Translations under genes and position numbers: made by a program
Notes under the pieces: generated by a model
Databases searched by the model: none
What the model was told of the DNA's origin: nothing
Seen by the model: only the letters and a program-made list of their open reading frames with translations
Source of the DNA: an uncultured Actinomycetota bacterium
GTDB taxonomy: Bacteria; Actinomycetota; Acidimicrobiia; Acidimicrobiales; Microtrichaceae
NCBI GenBank assembly: GCA_963707555.1
Contig: CAVPQM010000002.1
Coordinates: forward strand, 28,690 to 92,689
Reading direction: 5' to 3'
Length of the DNA: 64,000 nt
Shown here: positions 49,189 to 61,612 of the stretch, one piece after another
Position numbering within the stretch: the first letter of the stretch is position 1
How the letters are laid out: every line of letters begins with the position of its first letter

Positions 49189-49686
49189 CTAGGGCGCGTC
49201 GAGTTCCAACTTCGACGACGCCTCGGGGTGGGCCGCGACGAGGTCCCGCACGACGATCGCCTCGTCGCCGGCGAACCTGGTCGCTGCGCCGATGCGGTGG
49301 CGTCGCCGGATGCCCGTCAGATGCACGTCGAGCACCACGAGGCCGAGCCGGTGGACGATCTCGATCCGGTCGACCCGCTCCCAGGGGACCGTGAACGACG
49401 TGGTGAGGTTGCGGCACTGCAGCGCCTCGGCCGACAGCTCGGCTCGTTGGGTGAGCGCACGCCAGCCCAGCGCGAGTCCCACGACGACGGTCAACGCAGC
49501 GATCAGCCAGGGTGACACGAGGTCGGCCTCGGTCGACGACAGCCCGCTCGTCGTGGCGCCCCGCCAGATCAACACGATGGCGGCCAGGGGCAGCACCGCG
49601 GCGAGCAACATCGACGGCGGGCCACCCTGGATGATCACGGCGGTCGGTGGCTGGGAAGGGTGCTCGTCGTCGGGTCCGGGGCGCAC
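49189..49686 (-). CDS. Hypothetical membrane protein (two TM helices plus a possible bacterial PH-like domain)
   Basis: Intact 165-aa ORF: MLLAAVLPLAAIVLIW, WLIAALTVVVGLALGW, then FTVPWERVDRIEIVHRLGLVVLDVHL. The start could be the internal ATG. Confidence 0.45.
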   Translation of the reverse strand: MRPGPDDEHPSQPPTAVIIQGGPPSMLLAAVLPLAAIVLIWRGATTSGLSSTEADLVSPWLIAALTVVVGLALGWRALTQRAELSAEALQCRNLTTSFTVPWERVDRIEIVHRLGLVVLDVHLTGIRRRHRIGAATRFAGDEAIVVRDLVAAHPEASSKLELDAP

Positions 49687-49806
49687 CCGACGAGCCTACG
49701 CGGCGGCGCCGTAGGGCCCGAGACGCGCCGCCGAGCTGAGGGTCGCACGAGGAACGTGTCGCTCGATGGCGTGGAAGCGGCCCACCACGGTGGCACGCTG
49801 TAGGGA

Positions 49807-51024
49807 GTGCAAGACCTCATCGCCCTCCTCGTGCCCGGCGGCCCCGGGTTCGTCGACACCCTGCGCGCCGCATGGGACGCAGGTGACGCCGTGCTGCCCC
49901 TCGACCCGACGGCCCCTGCTGCGCACACCGCCGCCGTGATCGAGGCCCTCCGTCCCACGGCGATCGTCGAGGCCGACGGGGAGCGTCGCCGACTCGACGG
50001 CGACCCGGTCGAGCCTGGCGACGCCCTGGTCGTCGCGACGTCGGGCACCACCGGCGCACCGAAAGGCGCGATCCACACCCACGCAGGGGTCGAGGCCGCA
50101 GCCTTCGCCACGGCGGTCGCCGCAGGAGTCACCGCGGACGCCCGCTGGCTGGCCTGCCTCCCGCTGTCGCACGTCGGCGGGTTGTCCGTCGTGACCCGGG
50201 CGCTGCTCACCGGCAGCGGGCTCGAGGTGATCGACCGTGCCGACCCGGCGGCCATCGACGACGCGGCCCGCCGCGGCGCCACACACGTGTCGCTCGTGCC
50301 GACCGTGCTCGGCCGCATCGATCCGACGCCGTGGCACACGATCCTGCTCGGCGGTTCGGCGATCCCGAGCGACCGTCCGACGAACACCATCGCGACCTAC
50401 GGCATGACCGAGACCTTCGGCGGCGTGGTCTACGACGGTCATCGCCTGCCGTCGGTCGAGGTCCGCGTGCTCGACCCCGTCGGCACGGGGCCGAGCACCG
50501 TCGAGGAGGTGGCGTCGCGGCGGAGCGCCCCGCGTCTTGCGCCGCCCGGCGTCGTGGGACCGATCGAGCTGCGTTCGCCGACGTCGTGCCGTGGCTACCG
50601 CAACGGTGTCGCTCCGATCGACGCCGCCGGGTGGTACTCGACCGGCGATCTGGGCGCGCTCGACGCCGCGACGGGCCTGCTGGCCGTGCACGGACGCAGC
50701 GACGACCTGATCATCAGCGGCGGAGAGAAGGTCTGGCCCACCGATGTCGAGGCCGTCATCAGCACCGACCCGGGCGTCGCCGAGGTGGCGGTCGTCGGAC
50801 GGCCCGACCGCGAGTGGGGGCAACGAGTGGTCGCGGTGGTCGTCCCGAGCGACTCGTCGGCGCCACCGACGCTCGACCGACTCCGCGAGCTGGTCCGTGC
50901 CACGCTGCCCGTCGCAGCGGCACCCAAGGAGCTCGAGCTGACCGATTCGCTCCCACGCACCGGACTGGGCAAGATTCGACGTTCTGTCGTGGCGACCGCT
51001 GCCGGATCCAGGAACGATGGCTGA
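49807..51024 (+). CDS. menE: o-Succinylbenzoate-CoA ligase
   Basis: Intact 405-aa short adenylate-forming enzyme: VATSGTTGAPKG, YGMTETFGG, WYSTGDLG, ISGGEKVWP, LPRTGLGKIRR. It lies in the men cluster. Confidence 0.8.
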   Translation: MQDLIALLVPGGPGFVDTLRAAWDAGDAVLPLDPTAPAAHTAAVIEALRPTAIVEADGERRRLDGDPVEPGDALVVATSGTTGAPKGAIHTHAGVEAAAFATAVAAGVTADARWLACLPLSHVGGLSVVTRALLTGSGLEVIDRADPAAIDDAARRGATHVSLVPTVLGRIDPTPWHTILLGGSAIPSDRPTNTIATYGMTETFGGVVYDGHRLPSVEVRVLDPVGTGPSTVEEVASRRSAPRLAPPGVVGPIELRSPTSCRGYRNGVAPIDAAGWYSTGDLGALDAATGLLAVHGRSDDLIISGGEKVWPTDVEAVISTDPGVAEVAVVGRPDREWGQRVVAVVVPSDSSAPPTLDRLRELVRATLPVAAAPKELELTDSLPRTGLGKIRRSVVATAAGSRNDG

Positions 51025-51865
51025 ACTCCCCTCCCCCGACAACCCGTCCGAGTCGCTCTCCGGAGTGCGCTTCGACCACGTCGGTCTCGCGCTGCGTCGA
51101 CCGACCGACCTGTGGCCGGTGATGGCCGGCGTGCTGGGCGGTCGCTTCGTCAGCGGCGGCACCACGCCTGGCTACGGCTGGACCCGTCTCCGCTTCGCGA
51201 ACGGCTTCATGGTCGACGGCTTCAACCCGGAGGGCGACGGCGACTCCTCGTTCCTCGGCAAGTTCCTCGCCCGGTCCGGCGTCGGACCGCACCACCTGAC
51301 CTTCGTGGTGCCCGACCTGGTGCGAGCCGTCACCGTGGTGCGCGACGCCGGCATCGAGGCACTCTCCGACCACTCGGCGCCCGGTGTGCGAGAGGCGTTC
51401 CTGCGCCCGGCCGACGCGCACGGCATCGTGGTGCAGCTCATCGAGGCAGGCCAGGATCCACCGGCCTCGCTGGACGAACCCGAGGGGTTCCCTCCGCTGT
51501 CCTACGAGCACCCGGTCGCGTCGTTGGGCCGGGTGGTGCATGCAGTCGCCGACCTGCAGGAAGCACTCCGCCTGTTCCGCACGACGCTCGGCGGCCGTGT
51601 GGTGGCCACCGGCTCCGCGGTCGACGGCAACCACTGGGTCGAACTCGGCTGGGACGGGCCGGGTCGGCTGCGACTGCTCGAGGGGCGCCACGCCGAGATC
51701 GCCGAGTGGATCGGTGATCGGCCGGGCCGTCTGCGCCACCTGTTCTTCAACTTCGACGACCCCGAGTACGTGCCGGGTGCGACCAAGGTCGCCTCGGGCC
51801 GCTGGGTCGTGGCCGCCGACGACGTGCTCGGCACGCGGCTCGTGCTCGCCTCGAGCGCTCGCTGA
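51017..51865 (+). CDS. Two-domain VOC-family protein (glyoxalase/dioxygenase fold)
   Basis: Intact 282-aa ORF with two repeats of the VOC pattern (FDHVGLAL ... PHHLTFVV; VVHAVADLQEAL ... LRHLFFNF). It overlaps the menE end by 8 nt. Confidence 0.65.
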   Translation: MAELPSPDNPSESLSGVRFDHVGLALRRPTDLWPVMAGVLGGRFVSGGTTPGYGWTRLRFANGFMVDGFNPEGDGDSSFLGKFLARSGVGPHHLTFVVPDLVRAVTVVRDAGIEALSDHSAPGVREAFLRPADAHGIVVQLIEAGQDPPASLDEPEGFPPLSYEHPVASLGRVVHAVADLQEALRLFRTTLGGRVVATGSAVDGNHWVELGWDGPGRLRLLEGRHAEIAEWIGDRPGRLRHLFFNFDDPEYVPGATKVASGRWVVAADDVLGTRLVLASSAR

Positions 51866-51916
51866 GCCCCGCCGACGCCCGGCGCCGCCCGACCGCTGAG
51901 CACCCCCGCGTGCCCG

Positions 51917-51970
51917 CGATATCCGCTCTCGGTTCGGCCCCATGGCGCCGAACCGGAGTCCGATCTCGGG
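51917..51970. repeat. Copy C of the long-palindrome intergenic repeat family
   Basis: cgatatccgctctcggttcggccccatggcgccgaaccggagtccgatctcggg. It has the same left box (ATCCGCTCT), the same 25-nt spacing and the same right box (GGAGTC) as copy A, but a different self-complementary centre. It lies between convergent genes. Confidence 0.6.
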
Positions 51971-51990
51971 CAACGGGCCGATGTCGAGCG

Positions 51991-52740
51991 TCAGAGCAGC
52001 ATGCCGCCGTCGACGACGGTGGTCGTGCCGGTGATCCACGACGAGGCGTCCGAGGCCAGGAACAGCGCAGCGTTGGCGATGTCCTCGGGTTCGCCGAGGC
52101 GGTGCAACGGCACCATCTTCGAGATCGAGTCCTCGTTCTGCTCCCACAGCGCACGAGCCATGTCGGTCTTCACCAGACCCGGGCAGATGGCGTTCACCCG
52201 GACACCCGGCGACAGCTCCTTCGCGAGCGACTTCGTCAGGTGGATCAGCGCCGCTTTCGTGACGTTGTAGTGACCGATCGACGTCTCGATGCTCAGCCCG
52301 CCGATCGAGGAGATGTTGATGACGTTGCCGCCCGAGGTCGACATCGCCTGGTGCCACGCCTGTTGGATCCACACGAACGGCCCCCGCTGGTTGACCTCGA
52401 CGGTCTTGTCGAGTCGTCCGAGGTCGATGTCGATCATCGCCCCCATGTAGGGGTTCGTCGCTGCGTTGTTCACGAGGATGTCGAGTCCACCGAAGCGCTC
52501 GATCGTGGCGCTCACGCAGGCCTCGGCTGCGTCCGGGTCACCCGCGTTCGCCTCGAAGACCTCGAGGTCGGCCGAGCCGCCCGGTGCGATCTCCGACACC
52601 GCGGCCCTGAGCGCGTCCTCCTTGCGCGACGACAGCATCACCGCCGCACCGGCGTCCGCGTAGGCCGCCGCGATCGCCTTGCCGATGCCCCGTGACGCCC
52701 CCGTGATGAGCGCCACCTTGTCGTCGAGTCGAAGCTCCAT
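51991..52740 (-). CDS. SDR-family oxidoreductase (FabG-like)
   Basis: C-terminal 249 aa of ORF 51991..53259, from ATG 52740: ALITGASRGIGKAIA, NNAA, SSIGG ... YNVTKAALIHLTKSLA, PGLVKTDM. Confidence 0.85.
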   Translation of the reverse strand: MELRLDDKVALITGASRGIGKAIAAAYADAGAAVMLSSRKEDALRAAVSEIAPGGSADLEVFEANAGDPDAAEACVSATIERFGGLDILVNNAATNPYMGAMIDIDLGRLDKTVEVNQRGPFVWIQQAWHQAMSTSGGNVINISSIGGLSIETSIGHYNVTKAALIHLTKSLAKELSPGVRVNAICPGLVKTDMARALWEQNEDSISKMVPLHRLGEPEDIANAALFLASDASSWITGTTTVVDGGMLL

Positions 52741-52830
52741 GCGCTGCACCGTACCGACACCGGGCACGGCGGCGCGCCGCGAACCGGTGGCGAGAATCGT
52801 CAGGGGATTGTCATTGCAGCCATCGACCGG

Positions 52831-53843
52831 GTGCCTGAGGATGCAGTGGTGAGCACCCACCCGCCACCGGATCCGGTCGTCGCCCGCCGCATCGGCATCG
52901 TGGCCTTCGAGCACTTCCAACTGCTCGACCTGGCAGGGCCGGCGGACGTGTTTCGCACCGCCACGCTGCTCGGCGCCGACTACGAGATCGTCGTCACGAC
53001 CGTCGACGGGAGCATCGGTGGCGTCGGTCAGCGGTGTGCGTGTCGCAGCGGATCGCTCGACCGCCGATCTGGCGACGTCGACGGAACCGCTCGACACCCT
53101 CATGACCATCGGCGGGTTCGGCGTGCACGAGGCGGCGACCGACGAGACGCTGCTCGACCACGTCCGCCGTCTCTCGGCGAGGGCCCGCCGCACCACCTCG
53201 GTGTGCAGCGGCGCGTTCCTCCTGGCCGCGGCCGGACTGCTCGACGGCCACCGTGCCACGACGCACTGGGCCTCGTGTGACGACCTCGCCGAGCGCTACC
53301 CCGACGTCCGCGTCGACGGCGACCGGATCTACGTGCAGGACCGCGACCGTTGGACATCGGCCGGGGTGACCGCCGGCATCGACCTGGCCCTCGCGCTCGT
53401 CGAGGCCGACCACGGCCCCGACCTGGCCCACTCGGTCGCCGCCTGGCTGGTCGTCTTCGTGCGGCGTCCCGGCGGCCAGTCCCAGTTCTCGGCGCAGCTC
53501 CGGGCACGTCCGGCCCGACGCGAGGAGCTGCGCGAGCTGCAGCGCTGGATCCCCGACCACCTGGACGAGGACCTGGGCATCGCCGCGCTGGCGTCCCGCG
53601 CCGTCGATGAGCGAGCGCACCTTCGTCCGTGCGTGGCGCGACGAGACCGGCACGACGCCCGCCGCGTACGTCGAGATGCTGCGCATCGAGGCCGCACGGC
53701 GACTGCTCGAGACGAGCGACCTGACCGTCGCCGCGATCGCCGCCGAAGTCGGGCTCGGCCGCCCCGAGCGACTGCACCGAGCGGTGCGTCGCCGCCTCGG
53801 GACCACACCCGATCAGTACCGCCGGCACTTCGCCCGGGCCTGA
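52831..53843 (+). CDS. GlxA-family transcriptional regulator (DJ-1/PfpI domain plus AraC HTH; 2 apparent frameshifts near 53015 and 53600)
   Basis: Pieces: 52831..53280 (IGIVAFEHFQLLDLAGPADVF), 53018..54346 (TSVCSGAFLLAAAGLLDGHRATTHW) and 53607..53843 (AraC HTH: SERTFVRAWRDETGTTPAAYVEMLRIEAARRLL). Confidence 0.8.
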
Positions 53844-53915
53844 GCCTCACTCCCTTTCACTCACCCCCCCCTCCCGCACACACCAGGCACCCGCCACCCA
53901 CGACAGGAGCCAGAC

Positions 53916-54551
53916 ATGCAGATCGCCATCGGCCTCTACCCCGGACTCACCGTGCTCGACTCGATCGGCCCGTACCAGGTGCTCAGCCTGGTGCCCGACA
54001 TCGACGTCGTGCTCTGCGCGGAGCACGCCGGGCGCGTCACCGACGACAACGGCCTCGTGCACCTCGACGTCGAGCACACCTTCGCGGAGGTGCCCCGCCC
54101 CGACGTGCTGCTCGTCGGCGGCGGCTTCGGGACCCGGGCCCTCGCGACACCCGACAGCGCGATCGTCGAGTGGATCCGCTCCGCGCACGCCACGACGACG
54201 TGGACCACGTCGGTCTGCACGGGTTCGCTCCTGCTCGGCGCCGCCGGCCTGCTCGACGGGCTCCGGGCGACGACCCACTGGCACTACTACGACCTGCTCG
54301 CGGAGTTCGGCGCCGAACCGGTCGAGGACCGTGTCGTCGTCGGTGACCGCATCATCACCGCGGCCGGCGTGTCCTCGGGCATCGACATGGCCCTCGTGCT
54401 CGTCGACCGGCTCTACGGCCCCGAGATGGCCCAGGCGATCCAGCTCGGCATCGAGTACGACCCCCATCCGCCGTTCGACTCGGGCGCCCCCTCGAAGGCG
54501 GCACCGGAGATCGTCGAGCTGGTGAGCGCCGTGATGGCCGCGTCGCGCTGA
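53916..54551 (+). CDS. DJ-1/PfpI-family protein
   Basis: Intact 211-aa ORF with the nucleophile elbow [25 protein letters not shown]. It is paired with the GlxA regulator. Confidence 0.85.
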   Translation: MQIAIGLYPGLTVLDSIGPYQVLSLVPDIDVVLCAEHAGRVTDDNGLVHLDVEHTFAEVPRPDVLLVGGGFGTRALATPDSAIVEWIRSAHATTTWTTSVCTGSLLLGAAGLLDGLRATTHWHYYDLLAEFGAEPVEDRVVVGDRIITAAGVSSGIDMALVLVDRLYGPEMAQAIQLGIEYDPHPPFDSGAPSKAAPEIVELVSAVMAASR

Positions 54552-54580
54552 GCGCCGAGCCAGCCTGGCGGACCGGGCAC

Positions 54581-54625
54581 GCCGTCACTGCCGTCACTGC
54601 CGTCACTGCCGTCACTGCCGTCACT
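54581..54625. repeat. Perfect 9-bp tandem repeat (GCCGTCACT) x5
   Basis: Five uninterrupted identical units between the DJ-1 gene and the HNH gene. Confidence 0.95.
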
Positions 54626-54668
54626 ATCAGGCTCCTTCACTGTCAGACCGTGTCGGCAGACTGTTCGC

Positions 54669-56151
54669 ATGCGAGAGATCGACGGGCCATCGTGGTCCAC
54701 GGTGCCACTGCTCGAGTGGTCGAAGGCCCCGGATCTCGCTCGCGTCCAGGTGCTCCCGGCACGCTCGGCGGCGCGTGCGCCGGTCCCCGCAGCGGTGGCG
54801 GCACTCGATGCTCTGGACTCGCTCGACTGGCCGTCGATGACCGGCCAGGAGCAGCTGGACGCCGTTGCGGCGTTGGGTGCCGCGCGGTCGCGTCTCGACG
54901 ATGCCATCGCAGCGGGCCTCTCGGCGGTCGATCGCTCGGGGGCGGCCGAGGCCGACTCCGGTCTGCGGACGGTGCCCTGGTACGCGCGGGTCACGGGCGA
55001 GGAACGCTCGACCGGTCGTCGCCTGCTCGCGGACGGCCGCACGCTCGAACGTTTCGAGCGGTTCGCCGCAGCGTTCCGCGAACACCGCTGCACCATGGAC
55101 CACGTCCGTGTGCTGACCGCGGCGTGCAACCCACGCGTGCTCGACCAGCTCATCGCCGCGGACACCGAGCTGACCGAGCTCGCCTCGACGCTCACGGTCG
55201 AGGCGTGGCGCGACGCGCTGACGCCTGCTGGTCGCCTCGCTCGACGCCGATGGACCCGAGCCGAGCAGCGACCACGACCGCGTCACCGCAGTGCGCGTCG
55301 GCGAGCAACTCGTGCTCGACGGCGACCTCTCCGGCGACCAGGCCGTCGTGTTCGAACAGGCACTCGGCGACGAGTACCGCCGACAGCTCGTCGCCGCCAA
55401 CGGCGAGGCCACCACCGCGGGGATGCCCGTGCCGCCACCCGCGACGCTGCGAGCCCGGGCACTGGTCGAGCTGGTGCGCCGCGGCCACCAGGTCCGAGCC
55501 GACGGCACCCCACTCACCCGCGGTGCCAGCGAAGCGAAGCTCGTCGTCCGCGAGGACCACCTCGGGTCAGGTGACCACCTCGGGCCGGGTGAGCAGATCG
55601 GCGGGTCGTGGGCCGACCGCATCCGCAGCGGTCGTGTCGTCACCACCGCCGATGGTGCTGCGGTCGACCCGCTCGCCGCGGCGGTGCTGCTCTGCGACTC
55701 CGTGGTGCGACCGTTCCAGGTCGACGACAAGGGCAGGACCCTCTGGGGTGGGCGCCGGCGCCGCTCCATCACCCACGCCCAACGCGCCGCGCTCGCCATC
55801 CGCGACGGCGGCTGCGTGTTCCCGGACTGCGTCGCCCCGCCGAGCTGGTGCGACGGCCACCACGTCGAATGGTGGCGCGACGGCGGACCATCCGACATCG
55901 ACAACATCGTGCTGCTCTGTCGACGCCACCACGGCTACGCCCACAGCGACGACTGGACCCTCGAACCGGTCCCGGCAGAACCCGACGACCCCACCGGCGG
56001 CACACAACGCTTCACCTGGACCCACCACCCCGGCGACGGCGCACACGCCCGGGTCATGCCCGCGACCAACGCCACGACCCGTCACCTGCGCCACTCGGTG
56101 CTGCTCAGCCAGGCAACGGACCTCGACGGCGTCCGAGCCGGCCCTCCCTGA
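54669..56151 (+). CDS. DUF222-HNH endonuclease (13E12-repeat type; 1 apparent frameshift near 55225)
   Basis: Piece 54669..55574 (DUF222-like N-terminus) joins the frame of 55291..56151. HNH motif: [40 protein letters not shown]. There is an internal in-frame 18-bp duplication at 55555-55590. Confidence 0.8.
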
Positions 56152-56269
56152 ACAGTCGCCCGCGTCAGTGGGTCCGCCGGCGCCAGCCGCACATGACCTG
56201 CCCGCCATCGGACCGCCGTCGGACCGGGGTGGGCCCCGCTCGGGGAGCGATCGGGACAGACTGGCCCGC

Positions 56270-58364
<2,095 letters not shown>

Positions 58365-58402
58365 ACCCGCGACCGGCGGGCTGGCCCGCAGCGGGACGGC
58401 GC

Positions 58403-60887
58403 TCAGGCGTCCTGGGCGGCGGCGACCTTGTGGCCGGGCACGTCGATGTAGGGCGGCTCGACGTGGTCGAGCATGCCCTTCGAGACCCAGTTGCGCTTGT
58501 CGGCCCAGATGATCAACGGCGGCAGGACGACCAGCGCTGCGAGCAGGGCGATCGTGATCTTCAGCGCCACGAAGATGCCGAAGTTCGACAGCAGCGGCAG
58601 CGACGAGAACGCGATGACCGCGACACCGGCGATCGCCGTCATGGCCGACACGATGAACGCCCGACCGGTGCGGGCCGCGGTGACGTCGATCGCCTCTCGC
58701 GGCTCGAGGCCCCGTCGTCGTTCCTCGAGGTAGCGCAGCAGGATCAGCGACGTGAACTCCGTGCAGGTGGCCACCACGAGCGGGCCACCGACCGCGGTCA
58801 TCGGGCTCAGCGAGATCCCGAACACGTAGATGAGGATCGTCGCGAGTCCGGAGGCGATGAGCACCGGCACCACCGACAGGATCGCCCGGGTGAAGGACCG
58901 CAGACGCACGAGCAGGAACAGGAAGACCAGACCGACCGACAGCCAGGTCAGCTCGACCAGGTTCGCCTCGAGGTTCTCGAGCAGGCCCACGCCCACCACG
59001 GCCAGCCCCGACGGGACCACCAGCAGGCCGTCGGGCGGATCCGCGTGCTCGCGCAGCTCGTCGACGACGACCGCGCGGTCCTCGAGGGAGCCCGCCGCGG
59101 TCAGGAAGATCAGGTTGAACGCGGAGCCGTCCTCGGAGGCGGTGCTGCGCTGCACGCCCACCGGGGCCACGTCCCACGCCGCCTGCACCGACTCCGCGGT
59201 CGGCGGGATCGACGGCACACCCGGCACGTCGGTCAGCTTGCGGACGGTGCCGATGATGCTCGAGTCGACGATGAGGTCCTCGGGGAACTCCTCGACGGTG
59301 CGGAGCGTCAGCGCGTTCACGTAGTCGACGGTCTCGTCGGTGAAGACCGTGCCACCCTCGCCCTCGGCCTCGATGAACACGCCGAGGTCGGACGCACCGC
59401 CGATCTCACGCTCGAGGGTCCGGATGTTCTTGATGACCTCGGAGTCCTGGTCGACCCAGTTGATCGGGTCGGTCTCGAGCTTCAACCGGGGCTCGAGGAT
59501 GCTGCCCGCGACGAACACGCCCACGGAGAGCACGGCGAGGATGAGCGCGAAGCGCGGCGGCACGCTGCCGAGCCAGACGACGAGACGCCCGAGACGGCCC
59601 TCGGAGAAGTCGCGCCCCTTGGTCGGCGAGCGGAACTCGCGGATGCCGAGCGCGGCGAGCGGGTTGATGATCGACGAGACGCAGATCGCGATGATGCCGA
59701 CGGTGAGCAGCCAACCGAAGTCGCGGATCATCGGGACCTGCGAGATCTGGATCGCACCGAAGGCGAACACGGCGTCGAAGGTGACGACCAGCAGCGCGGG
59801 GCCGAGCCCGCGGGCTGCGGCCTGGATCGGGTGGGACTCGCGGTCGATGATCACCTCTTCCTCGATGCGCGAGTGCATCTGGATCGCGTAGTCGATGCCG
59901 ATGCCCAACATGACGGGCAGACCGGCGATCGTGACCAGCGTCAGCGGGATGCCCAGGTAGCCGGCCAGGCCGAACGCCCAGATGATGCCGATGATCACCA
60001 CCGCCAGGGGCAGCAGACGCCAGCGCACGTTGAAGAACAGCATCAGGATGACGATCATCACCGCCACCGCGATGCCGCCGAGGGTGAGCATGCCGCCGCG
60101 GAGGTAGTCGTTGATGCCCTTGAGCAGCACCGGGTGCGCCGGTGGTGGTGACCGTGGCGCCGTCGAAGGTGAGATCCTCGGTGATCTCGAGCACCGCGTC
60201 GGATGCGATGCCCTCGTCCTCGATCGACAGGTTGCCCGGCAGGCGGGTCAGCATCTGGGCGTGGGTGGGGTCCGGGAACACCGGCCGCAACGAGGCACGG
60301 ATGTCGCCCTGGTTGTCGTAGAGCAGGAACTTGACCCACTCGGGGTTGTCGAGGGTCCGCTCCTCGGCGGGCACCGCGGCGGTGCGACCGAGGGTCACCG
60401 CGGCGTCGGCCAGGCGCTGCTCCTTGAGCGCCGGGTCGGTCTCGGCCTGGGTGGCGTGCAGGATCGCGGCGCCGGCGATGCTCTTGGTCAGGTCACCGTC
60501 GGCCGGAGGCTCCACCAGGCTGTTGGAGAACTCGAGCGCGGTGAGCGGTGAGACCACGCCCAGCACCTGGCCGCTCGCCTCGAGCTCCTCGGCGACCGTC
60601 GACATCGTCTCGATGCCTTCGGTGGTGAACAGGTCCTCGACCCGCTTGCCGTCGTCCATGACGATGAGCGACAGCATGGCCTGCCCGCCGAAGCGGTCCT
60701 GGTAGGCGACGTTGTCCTTGTAGACCTCGCCGTCTCGATCGAGATAGCTGTCCTGACCGGTCGCGAACTCGAGCCGGGTGATGCCGAACCCCAACACGAT
60801 CGTGAAGACCAGACCGATCGCTCCGACCATGCCGGCGTGTCGACCGAGGTTCACCGCGAGCCATGACCAGACCTTCGCCATCTTCAA
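58403..60887 (-). CDS. MMPL/RND-superfamily membrane transporter (1 apparent frameshift near 60135)
   Basis: Piece 59406..60887 (N-terminal TM plus periplasmic domain) joins 58403..60130, giving two 5-6 TM bundles ([29 protein letters not shown]; [21 protein letters not shown]). Confidence 0.85.
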
Positions 60888-60972
60888 CTCCCTCGGTCCG
60901 CCGCCACTGCCTCACGGCACAATCGCTGAACCTAGCCCTCCGTCGATTGCGTCACGAAGTTGAACTCGAGTC

Positions 60973-60986
60973 GGTGACGCGTCACC
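60973..60986. promoter_or_regulatory. Perfect 14-bp palindrome GGTGACGCGTCACC at the nitroreductase stop, upstream of the MMPL gene
   Basis: The sequence is self-complementary over all 14 nt. A half-site copy, GCGTCAC, lies at 60949-60955. It could be an operator or a terminator stem. Confidence 0.35.
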
Positions 60987-61612
60987 AACCGCCGTCGTGG
61001 CGGACGGCGTCGAGGGCCGGCCGACCGGCCGCCGCGGAACGTGACGGCCCGCCGCCGTCGCCGGCGCGATGCCCCAACGCGATGGTCCCGAGGGAGCGCT
61101 GGTCCGTCGGCACGCCGAAGGCGTCTCGCACGGCGTCCTCGTGGTCGAACTGCCCGAACAACAGCGCACCGAGGCCCTGGGACTCCGCCGCGAGCAGCAT
61201 CGCCATGACCGCGGCGCCGCCGTCGACCCACCAGTAGGGCACCGGCCACGCGTCCTCACCCGCGCCGAGTCCCGAGTGGGCCTTGTCGGATGCCGAGTAC
61301 CGCTCGACGTAGCGCGCCGGATCGACGTACGGGAGGATCAGGACCGGCGCGGCGAGCAGGCCCGGCCAGGGGAACGGTGTCACGCCGGTGTGCAGGCAAC
61401 GTGACGTCCCAGTAACCAGCGACGTCGTCGCCGCGCAGCACCACGAGCTGCAACGCCCAGGTGTTGCCCGCAGCGGGTCCGCGCAGCGCGGCGCCCAGCA
61501 CCGAGTCGAGCTGTTCGTCGTCGACGTCTCGTGCGAGGTAGTCGCGACACATGCGCCGCGATGACAGGACGGACTCGAAGGTCCGACCCCGTTCACCGTC
61601 GGAGGGGTTCAC
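60982..61612 (-). CDS. Nitroreductase-family protein (1 apparent frameshift near 61395)
   Basis: Piece 61256..61612 (VLSSRRMCRDYLARDVDDEQLDSVLGAALRGPAAGNTWALQLVVL) joins 60982..61596 (PYWWVDGGAAVMAMLLAAESQGLGALLFG). The GTG start overlaps the upstream stop. Confidence 0.75.
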
